A stretch of DNA of 64,000 bases from an uncultured delta proteobacterium (GTDB lineage: Bacteria; Desulfobacterota; Zymogenia; Zymogenales; Zymogenaceae), in the NCBI GenBank assembly GCA_963792965.1, contig CAWBYW010000007.1, positions 384,001-448,000 on the forward strand, given 5' to 3'. The notes under the pieces were generated by a model. That model was not told the DNA's origin. It saw only the letters and a list, made by a program, of their open reading frames with translations, and ran no database searches. Numbering within the stretch: position 1 is the stretch's first letter; each line of letters opens with the position of its first letter. This document shows, piece by piece, positions 1 to 10,964 of the stretch. Both the position numbers and the translations under genes were made by a program.

Positions 1-101
1 TCGACTCGGGAAAGGTCTCGCTCATCAATGTGCTGACCGACCCCGACGTGATCAGCCCCGGAAGTTATGCCCTGGCAAACATCGCCGCCTCGGCATATTA
101 G
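1..101 (+). CDS. 3' end of a probable thiamine pyrophosphate-binding enzyme (acetolactate synthase-like), partial
   Basis: Frame from nt 3 reads DSGKVSLINVLTDPDVISPGSYALANIAASAY* (TAG 99-101), resembling the SGKPxLINVxTDP C-terminus of TPP enzymes. Confidence 0.5.
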   Translation, partial: DSGKVSLINVLTDPDVISPGSYALANIAASAY

Positions 102-194
102 AGGGGCGCTTTAAAGCATCCTTTTGTGGAGTCCCGTTACGGAACGGACGGAGACGCTGTATACTTTAGTTCTTGCGTATGAGGAGCATTGCCC

Positions 195-1745
195 ATGACC
201 GCGACCCCGAAACCTGCATTTCTTGAAACCGTCAAAAAGAATAGAGACATCCTCTTCTTCTTCCTTGCCGCCGTCATCGCGCTGATCGTCTTTTACGCCC
301 CGTTGCCCGACGTCATCCACCTTGGAGGCAAGACCGCCGACCTCACCTATCAGGGTCGCATCACCCTGGCTCTCCTTTCCTTCGCCATCGTCATGTGGGT
401 CACGGAGGCTACCTCCTTTGCGATCACGTCTATCCTGGTGATGATCCTGATGGCGCTGTTGGGGGCCACCGAGGGGATGTCGATTATCACCGACAAGGGC
501 ACGGCGGTCGTGCACGGCGCAGCGGACGGCCTGGTGGAGCTCATCAAAATGGGCTTCGGCAACAGCCTCCTCTTCTTCTTTCTCGGTGTCTTTCTCTTGA
601 CGGGCGCCTTCGTGAAATCGGGGCTTGGGGAGCGGATGACGCTCTTGATCCTGAGGGTCCTCGGGACCGGCACCCGGATGGTCGTCCTCGGCTTCCTTAT
701 CATGGGGACGATAATGTCCATGTGGGTGACCGATATGGCGGTCGCCGCCCTCATGACGCCGCTGGCCGTCGCCCTCCTCAGAAGCGCAGGTATCAAGCCG
801 GGAGCGAGCAACTTCGGCCGCGCCCTCATGATCTCCTGCTGCTGGGGAGCGGTTTTCGGAGGAATCGGGACACCCGCCGGCTGCGGCCCAAACCCCATTG
901 CAATCCAGTACCTGAATAACCTTGCGGGGATGCACGTCACGTTCCTCGATTGGATGAAGATCGGCGTGCCGGCGGCGCTGATTCTGGTCCCCTTCGGCTG
1001 GCTCGTGCTGATTCTGATGTTCCCGCCGGAGATCAAGCGCCTTCCCATGGAAAAGCACGAGATTAAGATGCGGCTCAAGGAAAAGGGGCGGCTCACCCGA
1101 CCGGAGATCATCACGCTTTCCGTCTTCCTTTCGGTCATCGTGCTGTGGATGGCCACCGATCTCATCAAGGCGGCCACCGGGGGCGCGGTCGTTCTCTCCA
1201 TGGAGATGGTGGCCATGGTAGGCGGTCTCGTATTCTTTCTGCCGGGCATCCGGATCCTGACGTGGGAGGAGGCCGAGCCCCTGATGAACTGGGACTCTAT
1301 CGTCTTGGTGCTCGCCTCCTTGGCGCTGGGGCTCATGATGTTCAAGACAGGGGCGGCCCGCTGGCTCTCCTGGATCCTCCTGGGCAATATCACCGGGTTT
1401 TCTCCCCTCTTACAGATCGGTATGGTGATCGCGGCGGTGCTGTTCATGAAACTCTTTTTGTCTTCGAATACCGTCAGCGGTATCATCGTCATCCCGCTCC
1501 TCATCACGCTGGCCGGAGACCTCGGCCTCGACCCCTGGTTCCTCGTGGCCCCGGCGGCCTTCACCGCGTCCCTCGGGATCATCCTTTTGACACAGTCCCC
1601 CACGAACATCATCCCCTACACGTCTGGCTATTTCTCGATCAAAGACTTTGCCCTCTCGGGTATCGTGATGACGGTGGTTATGATTGTCCTCTTGTCCCTG
1701 ACGATCTACGTGGTGGGACCGCTTATGGGGGTATACAAGTTCTAA
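195..1745 (+). CDS. DASS/SLC13 family sodium-coupled anion symporter
   Basis: Hydrophobic ~516 aa ORF with SMWVTD, GGIGTPAGCGPN, SSNT and SPTN motifs; GAGGAG RBS upstream. Confidence 0.9.
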   Translation: MTATPKPAFLETVKKNRDILFFFLAAVIALIVFYAPLPDVIHLGGKTADLTYQGRITLALLSFAIVMWVTEATSFAITSILVMILMALLGATEGMSIITDKGTAVVHGAADGLVELIKMGFGNSLLFFFLGVFLLTGAFVKSGLGERMTLLILRVLGTGTRMVVLGFLIMGTIMSMWVTDMAVAALMTPLAVALLRSAGIKPGASNFGRALMISCCWGAVFGGIGTPAGCGPNPIAIQYLNNLAGMHVTFLDWMKIGVPAALILVPFGWLVLILMFPPEIKRLPMEKHEIKMRLKEKGRLTRPEIITLSVFLSVIVLWMATDLIKAATGGAVVLSMEMVAMVGGLVFFLPGIRILTWEEAEPLMNWDSIVLVLASLALGLMMFKTGAARWLSWILLGNITGFSPLLQIGMVIAAVLFMKLFLSSNTVSGIIVIPLLITLAGDLGLDPWFLVAPAAFTASLGIILLTQSPTNIIPYTSGYFSIKDFALSGIVMTVVMIVLLSLTIYVVGPLMGVYKF

Positions 1746-1830
1746 GGGAGAGGGTAGATATTTTCTGTTTACTTTTTTTTGCGACCATCTATAATGGCGT
1801 GCATCGTTTCATCACACTGAGGGAGGAACT

Positions 1831-3025
1831 ATGGCTACAGTTGCCTTGATTGCCTTCTATATCCTTTTCCCGGTCTTGGTCATCTACCTTTGCCACAGGT
1901 ACCCCACCGTGGATAAGATCGGCGCGGTAATCTTCTGTTACGCCGCGGGGATTCTTATCGGGAACATCGGGATACTTCCCGCAAACAGCTTCAAGACCAT
2001 CGACCTGGTCATGACGATCGCCATCCCGTTGTCGCTACCCCTGCTCCTCTTTTCCATTGACATACGGAAGTGGTCACGGCTCGCGGGCAAGACCCTCTTT
2101 TCGATGTTCCTGGCGACCATTTCCATCGTGATTATCTCGTTTATCTCCTTTTTGATCTTCAGAAAGTCGCTTCCCGAGGGCTGGAAGATCGCGGGTATGC
2201 TCATGGGCTGTCTACACCGGCGGTACGCCAAACCTCGCGGCCATCGGCACGGCGCTGAAGGTCAATCCCACCACCTTTATCATGGTGCAGACTGCCGATG
2301 TTATCTTCAGCTCACTCTATATCTTCTTTCTTGTCACGATCGCACAGCGGGTATTTCTCCTGGTCCTCCCTCCATTCAAGAAGACCGCTGTCGCGGCGCA
2401 GGAGATCACCGGAGGGGAGTTCACCGACTACACGGGTATATTCTCAAAGGCGAAATTGTTTCCCCTCATCGCCGCATTCTTCCTTTCCATCCTGATATTT
2501 GCCGTGAGCGCCGGGATCATGTACGGCCTGCCGCCGGTCCTCTCGCGGATATCGAGCAATTTTGATCCCGAAAAGTACAAGCTTTTCGAGATCGCGATCA
2601 TCGTCCTCTCGATCACGACCCTCGGTATACTCGCCTCCCTTGTCCCGAAGGTCAGAAACATCGACAAGACCTTTCAGCTTGGGATGTATATCATACTCGT
2701 CTTCTGCACGGCCGTAGGGTCTCTCGCGAATCTCACCAAGCTCTTCACCATGGCCCCCGAGATCATGGTCTTCGTCGCGATCTGCGTTTTTGCGACCCTG
2801 ATTCTGCAGGTGATCCTCTCGATCCCCTTCAAGATCGACGCCGATACCACGATCATCGTCTCCACCTCGGCGATCTGCTCCCCGCCCTTCGTCCCGGTGG
2901 TGGCCGGCGCACTCAAGAACAAAGAGATCGTCTTTTCCGGGGTCACCACGGGCATCATCGGGTACGCCATCGGGAACTACCTCGGCATCACGCTCGGTTA
3001 TCTCTACCACGCGTTCTTCCCATAA
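1831..3025 (+). CDS. DUF819 family membrane protein (apparent frameshift near 2205)
   Basis: ORFs 1831-2565 and 2282-3025 join if one G is removed from ATGGGCTGTC, restoring AVYTGGTPNLAAI; C-terminal SPPFVPVVA and GYAIGNYLG motifs. Confidence 0.8.
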
Positions 3026-3089
3026 TCTCACGTGACGCCTTTGTGACGATCGGTTAAATGGCTTCGCGCGCCTCGGATGTGAATAAATC

Positions 3090-3130
3090 AAAAAACCGTC
3101 TTCCTCTCTTCTTTGAGGAAAACGGTTTTT
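3090..3130. terminator. Bidirectional intrinsic terminator
   Basis: AAAAACCGTCTTCCTC...GAGGAAAACGGTTTTT hairpin between convergent genes. Confidence 0.6.
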
Positions 3131-3157
3131 CATTATAAAGGCCAGGGTGTTGTCCCC

Positions 3158-4222
3158 TTAGCCGTGCGCCTTTTTTTGGAACCTTCCGGGTATCTTTTGT
3201 CCGCATTTCGGGCAGGATGACTCGACAAGTTTCACAATAACCGACTCCTCCTCTCTCCGATCGATGAGGAGTTCGTCGCAGGAGGGGCAGTAGGTGTTCT
3301 CGTACGGATGGCCGAAGACGTTACCGAGATAGGGGTATTTGAGCCCCTCTTCCTTGGCCATCCGGTAGATCTCCTCGAGGGTGTCGATCGGCGTGGCGGG
3401 ATAGCTATCCCATCGATAGTGTGGGGTGAACTTCGTGATATGCCACGGGGTATCCGGGCCGACTTCCTTGACAATCCATCCGACGAGGCGTCTGAGCTCA
3501 TCCCGATCGTCGTTTACGCCGGGGATGACGTTGGTGACCAGCTCCACGTGTATCCCCCAGCGGTGCCTGGCCCTCTTGACCATCTCCAGTATCTCTCTGA
3601 AGTCCACGATTCCCGCGATCTTCCGATAGGTCTTTTCCGAGAACCCTTTGATATCCACCCGAAAGACATCGAGATGCTGGCCGATGAAGTCCAGCGCGTC
3701 GCTGGTGAGGTAGCCGTTGGTCACCCAGCAGGTCCAGAGCCCCGCCTCCCTGGCGAGCGCCATCCCTCGCGCGGCGTACTCCACCCACAGCGTCGGCTCG
3801 TTGTAGGTGAACGACAGGCCGTCCGTCCGTTCCCGATGGGATATCTCTATGAGCACCTCCGGCGCGAGGTATTCCGTGGACCTTTTTCCCGAGCCGTCAT
3901 CGATGCAATAGGACCCATTGGCGTCGGGGGCCGCGTGGGCGATCTCCCAGTTCTGGCAGCCGGGACAGGTGAAATTGCATCCCACTGAGCCGACCGAAAG
4001 CCATTGCGAGCCCGGGAAGAAATGAAAGATCGGTTTTTGCTCGATGGGGGCCACCGCCATCGACGAGACAAAACCGTAGGTGAGTGAGAAGACCTTTCCC
4101 CCCTTGTTGATCCTCGTTTTGCACCATCCCATCGTGCCTATCGGCATGATGCACCTTCTCAGACAGACGCGGCACTGCGTTCTCTTGTCATCGAGCCTGC
4201 TGTAGAGCGACGCGTGGTGCAT
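3158..4222 (-). CDS. amrS: AmmeMemoRadiSam system radical SAM enzyme
   Basis: N-terminal CxxCxxxC, PIEQKPIFHF, GCNFTCPGCQNWEI, FTYNEP, C-terminal TYCPSC and CPKCG. Confidence 0.9.
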   Translation of the reverse strand: MHHASLYSRLDDKRTQCRVCLRRCIMPIGTMGWCKTRINKGGKVFSLTYGFVSSMAVAPIEQKPIFHFFPGSQWLSVGSVGCNFTCPGCQNWEIAHAAPDANGSYCIDDGSGKRSTEYLAPEVLIEISHRERTDGLSFTYNEPTLWVEYAARGMALAREAGLWTCWVTNGYLTSDALDFIGQHLDVFRVDIKGFSEKTYRKIAGIVDFREILEMVKRARHRWGIHVELVTNVIPGVNDDRDELRRLVGWIVKEVGPDTPWHITKFTPHYRWDSYPATPIDTLEEIYRMAKEEGLKYPYLGNVFGHPYENTYCPSCDELLIDRREEESVIVKLVESSCPKCGQKIPGRFQKKAHG

Positions 4223-4337
4223 GGTCAGGACTCTCCCCTATTCTTTTGAAATTCCACACTGCCTGTGGTAATCTTATACATCCAGCGCGAAACAACTTAT
4301 TATCATAGTACAGAATACGGGGAAATGCAAAGCAATC

Positions 4338-5324
4338 ATGCCCGATAAAATCCTTATCACTCGACAAATCCCGGGGGAAGGTCTGGCCGTTATAGAGGGC
4401 GACTATGACCTTGTCGTCAACGAACACGACCGCCCGATGACTCCCGATGAGCTCTTGGCCGGTGTCAAAGACGCGGTGGGACTATTGTGTCTCCTGACGG
4501 ACAGGATCGACGGTGTGCTCATGGACGCCGCCCCCCGCCTTTTGGGGATCGCCAACTATGCCGTCGGATACGACAACATCGACATCGCAGACGCGACCGT
4601 ACGGGGAATTCCCGTCTCCAACACCCCCGGCGTCCTCACCGACGCGACCGCGGAGTTGGCCGTGGCCCTTATCTTCGCCTGTGCCCGGAGGATATGCGAG
4701 GCTGAGCGCCACCTCAGGACGGGGCTGTGGAACGGGTGGGCGCCGATGCAATTTCTTGGGACCGATATCAAGGGCGCAACCCTCGGTATCGTCGGCATGG
4801 GAAAGATCGGCCAGGCCGTGGCTGTGCGCGGGCACGGCCTCGGGATGAGGATCGCCTATTGTGACGAAACGCCGATAGGCGAAAGGAGGCTTGGCCTTAC
4901 GGCTGAGCGCGTCGAGCTCGGCGAACTCCTCGCCGGCTCCGACTTCGTATCTCTGCATGTCCCCCTGACGGAAGGGACGCGCCACCTGATCGGGAAAAGG
5001 GAGCTTGCCATGATGAAACCGACGGCCTTCCTCATCAATACCTCCCGGGGGCCGGTGGTGGACGAGGCGGCGCTTGCCGAGGCCCTCGAAAAGGGGGTCA
5101 TCCGCGGCGCGGGGCTTGATGTCTATGAAGGGGAGCCGAAGGTGCATCCCGGGCTGTTGAGTATCGAGAGCTGCGTGCTCCTCCCCCACATCGCAAGCGC
5201 CACGCGGTCGGCTCGCACTAACATGGCGATCATGGCCGGCACGAATCTCGCGGCAATGATCGAGGACAGAGAAATTCCCAATCTCATCAATCCCGACTAC
5301 ACCAATAACAGAAGAAAGAGGTAG
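4338..5324 (+). CDS. D-2-hydroxyacid dehydrogenase (glyoxylate/glycerate reductase type)
   Basis: AVGYDNID, NTPGVLTDATAE, GMGKIG, INTSRGPVVDE, LDVYE and PHIAS motifs. Confidence 0.92.
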   Translation: MPDKILITRQIPGEGLAVIEGDYDLVVNEHDRPMTPDELLAGVKDAVGLLCLLTDRIDGVLMDAAPRLLGIANYAVGYDNIDIADATVRGIPVSNTPGVLTDATAELAVALIFACARRICEAERHLRTGLWNGWAPMQFLGTDIKGATLGIVGMGKIGQAVAVRGHGLGMRIAYCDETPIGERRLGLTAERVELGELLAGSDFVSLHVPLTEGTRHLIGKRELAMMKPTAFLINTSRGPVVDEAALAEALEKGVIRGAGLDVYEGEPKVHPGLLSIESCVLLPHIASATRSARTNMAIMAGTNLAAMIEDREIPNLINPDYTNNRRKR

Positions 5325-5328
5325 CCCG

Positions 5329-5748
5329 ATGCAGTGGCGAAAGGAAAGAGACGCGTATATCATACGGATTGGCCTCGACGAGGCCGTGGAGGAGTCTTTA
5401 CTCATATTTGGACAAAAGGCGGACGTCCAGTCCGGCCAGTTCTGGGGGATTGGTGCGGTCAAGAAGGTCGTGCTCGGGTATTACGATCTGTCGGATAAGA
5501 CCTATCTCAAAAAAGAGATGCCCGGCTCATGGGAGCTTCTGTCACTCACCGGAACCCTCGCAAGAACCCGGGAAGGTCCGATCATTCACATGCACGGGCT
5601 CTTTTCCGACGCGGAATTCAAGACGGTCGGCGGCCACGTATTTTCCCTCACGACCGCCGCAACGGTGGAGATATACCTCGTCGTTCTCAAGTCCGGCCTC
5701 CTGAGGAGCTACGACGAGCAGACCGGGCTCAATCTCCTGGACCTCTGA
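5329..5748 (+). CDS. PPC/DUF296 domain protein
   Basis: GIGAV, ELLSLTG, HMH, GGHV and final GLNLL motifs. Confidence 0.85.
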   Translation: MQWRKERDAYIIRIGLDEAVEESLLIFGQKADVQSGQFWGIGAVKKVVLGYYDLSDKTYLKKEMPGSWELLSLTGTLARTREGPIIHMHGLFSDAEFKTVGGHVFSLTTAATVEIYLVVLKSGLLRSYDEQTGLNLLDL

Positions 5749-5802
5749 GTTCCCCGACGGTGAGAAGACTGCCGCTTTCCCGTGAGGAAACCGTATATAA
5801 GG

Positions 5803-5826
5803 AAAAAGGGGCCGTTTGGCCCCTTA
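5803..5826 (-). terminator. Intrinsic terminator downstream of tRNA-Met
   Basis: Minus strand AAGGGGCCAAACGGCCCCTTTTT. Confidence 0.6.
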
Positions 5827-5836
5827 TAGTTAAATA

Positions 5837-5913
5837 TGGTGGCGGTGCAGGGATTTGAACCCCGGACACTGCGGATATGAGCCGCATGCTCTGACCGACT
5901 GAGCTACACCGCC
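5837..5913 (-). tRNA. tRNA-Met(CAT), probably elongator
   Basis: GGCGGTGTAGCTCAG...TGCGG-CTCATAT-CCGCA...GGTTCAAATCC...CCGCCACCA cloverleaf with encoded CCA. Confidence 0.93.
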
Positions 5914-7512
5914 CTAAAAGTTCAGCTCATAGATCAAGATCCCGCTCTTAGCCGGAACCAGGGCCGTCATCTCGGTCGAGTAAACAACGGCAACGACCAG
6001 CTCATCGATCCCATCCGAGTCGATATCTTTGATCTGATAGTCTGCAATATACCCGTCTATGAGACGTGAGCGCCAATTCTCGGAGAGGTTTACGCCGTCC
6101 CATTGGAGGTTGAAGACATTGCTCGTTTTGTAGAGCCGAAACTTCGGCAACAGGTTCAATGTCTCGCTTATGTTCTTCTCGACGAGCACCTCGGGGATGT
6201 TGTCATGATTCAAATCGGTTATAAAGATCCTCGGCTGAATATAGATATCCCCCTCGCCCGGCAGCGTATCCGCCCCTCTGTTGGCCTCTTCCTCTTTTTT
6301 GGCCGTGCTGAAATAGTTAGTCGTGCCGCCCCAGTAATCCTTGCTCTTCCATTTGGCCGTGCCGTCCATCGCGTCGACCTCGAGGTGATTGTCATTGTTC
6401 AGCCTAACCACCTCGGGCTTGCCGTCCTTATCAATATCCACGGGAAGCGCCAGGCCGAAGATTGACGTGCCCGAGGGATAGTCGACGGAGAGCCCCTGGA
6501 CATATTCCCCATCCTTATATTCGACCCTGTAAATGCCGCCGTAGAACCCGCCGGACATCCCCATCTTCTGGCAAAAGAGGACAGGCTCTTCCCCGGGCCG
6601 GCTAAAGGCACGGAAAAAGAGATCGATATTCTTTTGGATCTTCTCAAGCTTCTTCTTGGACGTATTGTATTCGAGCACGAAGGACGAAAGTCTGCCCTTA
6701 TTGACATTGGTGACGAATATCTCCGTCCGGCCGTTTCCGTTTAAATCCAACGCGTCCAGCGACAGGAAATTATCTGCGGCCCCGCCGCTGAATTTATTAA
6801 AGAACTCGAATTCTTCCTTGCCACGTTTATATACCCAGATATCGTTCTTATCCATTACGAGAGTTTCGTTGACGCCGTCACCGTCGATGTCGCCGACATC
6901 GACGCCCTTGATCTGGATATCCCAAAACGGGCTTTTCCTGAAATCGGTCTTACTCATCAGGTCGCGCGTGGCGAATATGAAGTTGGGGTTGTCCACCTGC
7001 TCTCCCATATATCCCGCGATCCCTTCCTTCGGTATGTAGCCAAGAATCTTGAAGTTCATGTTTCGCGCAAATTCGTTGACTTTCGGGATGAGAGAGTCAA
7101 GACCGCTTCCCTGGGCGAATATGGAGGTGGACTGCTCCTTCTTCTTGACGTTGAACATCTTGGCGTCCAATGAAAACGCGTCACCGAGCTTCGTAAGTGC
7201 ACCGAGGATGACGTAATCGGCCCCGAGCCTCTTTCCAAGTGACTCGGCGTTATCGATCGTCATTGACGTTTCATATTCTTTTCCGAGGGACCGAACGACT
7301 GTGTTTCTCTCCATTACCGTGATCCTCTCGTCGACCGAGAGGCGCGAGGCGATCATGTCGTAGAGAGCGCCCTCAAGGTAGTCAAGCTTTTCGGGGCTGT
7401 TAACCTTAAACGGGATGATCGCGACCTTAATTTTATCCGCGCCGAAAGAGGCAGCGGGGAAAATCAGACACAAGATGAAAAAACAAACGATGATGAGTCG
7501 AACGTTCTTCAT
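5914..7512 (-). CDS. Secreted FG-GAP/VCBS repeat protein with N-terminal TolB/CsgG-like domain
   Basis: Signal peptide MKNVRLIIVCFFILCLIFPAASFG; KVAIIPF...GADYVILG domain; repeated DxDGDGxxE motifs. Confidence 0.8.
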   Translation of the reverse strand: MKNVRLIIVCFFILCLIFPAASFGADKIKVAIIPFKVNSPEKLDYLEGALYDMIASRLSVDERITVMERNTVVRSLGKEYETSMTIDNAESLGKRLGADYVILGALTKLGDAFSLDAKMFNVKKKEQSTSIFAQGSGLDSLIPKVNEFARNMNFKILGYIPKEGIAGYMGEQVDNPNFIFATRDLMSKTDFRKSPFWDIQIKGVDVGDIDGDGVNETLVMDKNDIWVYKRGKEEFEFFNKFSGGAADNFLSLDALDLNGNGRTEIFVTNVNKGRLSSFVLEYNTSKKKLEKIQKNIDLFFRAFSRPGEEPVLFCQKMGMSGGFYGGIYRVEYKDGEYVQGLSVDYPSGTSIFGLALPVDIDKDGKPEVVRLNNDNHLEVDAMDGTAKWKSKDYWGGTTNYFSTAKKEEEANRGADTLPGEGDIYIQPRIFITDLNHDNIPEVLVEKNISETLNLLPKFRLYKTSNVFNLQWDGVNLSENWRSRLIDGYIADYQIKDIDSDGIDELVVAVVYSTEMTALVPAKSGILIYELNF

Positions 7513-7774
7513 ATCGCCCCTCAAAAGAGATTGATCAATTTTTCTACTATTACCATCGAATCTTTTCAAAGTCAAGGAAATTATCCTCGGCAGGCGGGGC
7601 AGCGTTTTCCCCCGCCTCGGAAATGCGGGAGAAAACTCGACTGCTTTGTCAAGAACAACTCTCTCGTTACCTTTGCATCACGGAATAAAGCTCGGCGACA
7701 AATGTCGGACTGGTAAACGCGAAGCCGTAAGGGAAAGGAAACCCGAGCGGATTACCCGACGGGTCCGATCTGAC

Positions 7775-10570
7775 TTACGCGGAGTCCTGCGATTTCCCTT
7801 TGCCCTTCAGTATCTCGGAAATCTTCTGGGCGAGGTGCGAGAGCTGGGACGGCTTCTGGATGAAGCCGTCCACGCCCAAGTCGATTAAATCGCCGGCCTG
7901 GCCGTTTTCGCTATAGCCGGAGGTAAGGAGCACCTTTACGTCCGGGACCGCCCCACGAATTCGTCCGAGGGTCTCCTTGCCCGAGAGTTTAGGCATCACT
8001 ACATCGAGGATCACCAGGTCGATCTCCCCCTTCTTTTCGAAGAACAGGCCGGCCCCTTCCTGCCCATCCTTGGCCGTAATGATCCGGTATCCCTGCTCGC
8101 TGAGAAAATCACCCCACATCTCTCTCACTACCGGCTCGTCGTCGATCAGCAGGATCGTTGCTACAGACCTGCTCTGCCTCTTCTTAGTGACCTTGGTCGA
8201 GTCCAACGCTCTTCCCTCCACCGCGGGGAAATAGAGCTTAAAGGTGCTCCCCACCCCCGCCTCGCTGTAGACGGTCACGAGTCCCCCATGGTTCTTTACG
8301 ATTCCATAGACCGTCGAAAGGCCCATTCCCGTCCCCCCGATGTGTTCCTTTGTAGTAAAGAATGGGTCGAATATCCGTTCCTTGACCTCCCGGCTCATCC
8401 CCATACCCGTGTCCGTTACCGAAAGGATCACGTAGTCACCCTCACGGGCGTCAAGATGCGTCCTGACGAATTCCGCGTCGAGCTTCTGCGTGAGCGTCTC
8501 GATGATGAGGCGACCCTTCCCCGGCATCGCGTCCCGCGCGTTTATGCAGAGATTGAGGAGACACTGTTCGATTTGTCCCAAGTCTCCTTTAACAGCGGGG
8601 AGATCTTGCACGAGGTGAAGGTCAACCTTGATCGATTTGTCCAGCGTCCCGGTGATAAGCGGGAGCATATTCTTCACAACCGTATTCACCGAAAGCCTGG
8701 CGGGATGGAAGGAGCCGCCCCGCGTGATATTAAGAAGCTCCTGCGTGAGCCGGCTTGCCCGCACGGTTCCCTCGTGTATGATCCTGAGCGCCTTGAAGTC
8801 GGCGTCGTCATCTTTCTTTTTTCCGAGGAGAAGCTCGGAGTACCCCATGATACCCACGAGGATGTTGTTGAAGTTGTGAGCAATCCCCCCCGCAAGGGTA
8901 CCGACGGCTTCCATCTTTTGAGATTGAATCAGCTGCTGTTCGAGTTTTTTCTTTTCCGTCACATCCCGCAGCGTGCCTTGGAAACCGACGACCCGGCTCT
9001 CTTCCCGAATGACGTTCACGCACCCCTCAACGGTGCGCTCCTCACCGTCCTTTCGAATCATCGTATAGAGAGCGCCGCTCATGGGGTGGCCCGTCTCAAA
9101 GAGGCCGTGATAAGCGTTATAGACCGCCTCGGCCTGATCCGGTTTCATGAATTCACGAAAGTTCTTCCCGACCATCTCGTCCCGACGATAGCCCGAGAGT
9201 ATCTCCGCGGCATGGTTTGCCTCGGTGAAGTTTCCGTTGATATCGACGGTAAAGGCCGATTCGATCGAGTTTTCGAAAAGGCTCCTCCACTTTTCTTCCG
9301 ACTCCCTCAATGCCTCCTCGAATCTCCTGCGGTCGGTCACGTCTCGGGTGAAGGTGAGCAGCGCCTGTTGCCCCGCCCACGTGATGAGGACCCCATTGGA
9401 TTCGGCCCATTTGATGGTGTTGTCCTTCGTAAGAAAACGGAATATGGAAAAGAACGAGTAGGCGTCCCCCGATATCTTACGCTCGTATTCCTTGATGATT
9501 TCGAGCCGGTCATCGGGATAGATCAGCTCGATGAAATATTTACCGATCAACTCCTCCCGTGAGTAGCCGGTGATCTCCGAAAGCTTCGCGTTGGCGAACT
9601 TGATAAGCCCGTCCTGGGCGACCATGATGGCCTCCTGGGAGTTATCCACGAGGATTCGGTACTTTTCTTCCGATTCGCGCAGGGCATCCTCGGCTAATTT
9701 TCTATCCGTTATATCGGTGATGATGCCGGTGAGGTTCGGCCCCTCCCTTTCCTGAGAAGAAAGCTGCACCGATACGCGGACATGTTTCACGATCCCACTT
9801 TTGCCCACTACGCGGAAGTGATGGATCTCTTTTTTCCGCGAAACGGCCTTTTCCAGGCCGTCGACGGTTTTCGAAACGTCTTCGGGGTGCACGAAGTCGA
9901 GAAATTTCTTCCCGATAACTTCGTCGGGCTCGTATTCGAAGAGCCGTCGCACCGCGGAGCTTACGTACGTGATGACGCCGCGCGTATCGGCATTAAACAC
10001 TACGTCGGCGAGGTTCTCGATAAGCAACCGGTACCTCTTTTCGCTTGCCGACAGTTGCTCCTGGGCCAGCCCGAGCTCCTCGATCTTTTCCAACAGCTCG
10101 TCGTTCTTTTCCTTCAGCTGAGCCGTTCGATTCCTTACCCGCTCCTCCAGCTCGATATGGGCGCCCATCAGCTGCTGTTCTATCTCTTTTCTGCCAATGG
10201 CATAATGGATGGAGCGAACCAGGAGGTTTCTGTCCGCCTCGCCCTTGAAGAGGTAATCCTGCGCACCTTCCGCGATGGAGAGCCGCGCCAGTTCCTCGTC
10301 TCCGGTGGCGGAGAAGACTACCACAGGGAGCCTGGGCGCCCGCGCGCGAACGGCGCGCAGCGTTTGGATCCCTTCGCTGTCCGGCAGGCCCAGGTCGAGG
10401 ATGAGGATATCGAACTCCTCGGACTCTATGAGCGATAGTCCTGAGGAGAGGGTTTTGGAGCTGGTGAGGGCAAAGGGACCCGGCTTAGTCCGGCCGAGCA
10501 TATCTCCGACCAGCCGTGTGTCGAGGGAGTTGTCCTCGATCAGGAGGACGCGAATCGGTTCTGTTGTCAT
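7775..10570 (-). CDS. Hybrid sensor histidine kinase (REC-PAS x3-HisKA-HATPase-REC)
   Basis: LDLGLPD receiver, three PAS/PAC repeats, LAGGIAHNFNNIL H-box, NLCINARDAM, DTGMGM, FFTTK, GTGMGL, C-terminal LDVVMP receiver. Confidence 0.95.
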   Translation of the reverse strand: MTTEPIRVLLIEDNSLDTRLVGDMLGRTKPGPFALTSSKTLSSGLSLIESEEFDILILDLGLPDSEGIQTLRAVRARAPRLPVVVFSATGDEELARLSIAEGAQDYLFKGEADRNLLVRSIHYAIGRKEIEQQLMGAHIELEERVRNRTAQLKEKNDELLEKIEELGLAQEQLSASEKRYRLLIENLADVVFNADTRGVITYVSSAVRRLFEYEPDEVIGKKFLDFVHPEDVSKTVDGLEKAVSRKKEIHHFRVVGKSGIVKHVRVSVQLSSQEREGPNLTGIITDITDRKLAEDALRESEEKYRILVDNSQEAIMVAQDGLIKFANAKLSEITGYSREELIGKYFIELIYPDDRLEIIKEYERKISGDAYSFFSIFRFLTKDNTIKWAESNGVLITWAGQQALLTFTRDVTDRRRFEEALRESEEKWRSLFENSIESAFTVDINGNFTEANHAAEILSGYRRDEMVGKNFREFMKPDQAEAVYNAYHGLFETGHPMSGALYTMIRKDGEERTVEGCVNVIREESRVVGFQGTLRDVTEKKKLEQQLIQSQKMEAVGTLAGGIAHNFNNILVGIMGYSELLLGKKKDDDADFKALRIIHEGTVRASRLTQELLNITRGGSFHPARLSVNTVVKNMLPLITGTLDKSIKVDLHLVQDLPAVKGDLGQIEQCLLNLCINARDAMPGKGRLIIETLTQKLDAEFVRTHLDAREGDYVILSVTDTGMGMSREVKERIFDPFFTTKEHIGGTGMGLSTVYGIVKNHGGLVTVYSEAGVGSTFKLYFPAVEGRALDSTKVTKKRQSRSVATILLIDDEPVVREMWGDFLSEQGYRIITAKDGQEGAGLFFEKKGEIDLVILDVVMPKLSGKETLGRIRGAVPDVKVLLTSGYSENGQAGDLIDLGVDGFIQKPSQLSHLAQKISEILKGKGKSQDSA

Positions 10571-10964
10571 CGACTAAACCCGTTGTTGACAATGAAGATA
10601 AGCCAATAACCGGTCGATGTATGATACCCCGCCCTTCGGATGTCAGGCTCGGAATCGACAACAAGAGGAAAGGAAGTGGGGGTTCGACGCTATTTTATCA
10701 AAAACAGAGGAATGGACAAGTCTTTTATTGATACCGATGAAATAAAAATAGCCTTTCGGGGAGTGTCGGTTGACGACGGTCGTCCTTCTGAAAGGCTTTT
10801 GTTCCGGATGGCAGGAGGTACTGGATATCTCTAAAAAGAAATACGCCTTAGTCTTGAGCGTCGAAGAATCTTGGTTGATTTACGTTATCGTCAAGAAAGA
10901 ACCTCTATTAACCAAATGATACGGTTTTCATATCACACAACTCGTGAACTACAGCAATTTATCC

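Noticed and set aside
3158-4222. amrS as the maturase for the Y/N-rich peptide
   Set aside because: It is an AmmeMemoRadiSam-type enzyme without a SPASM maturase signature and lies over 50 kb away.
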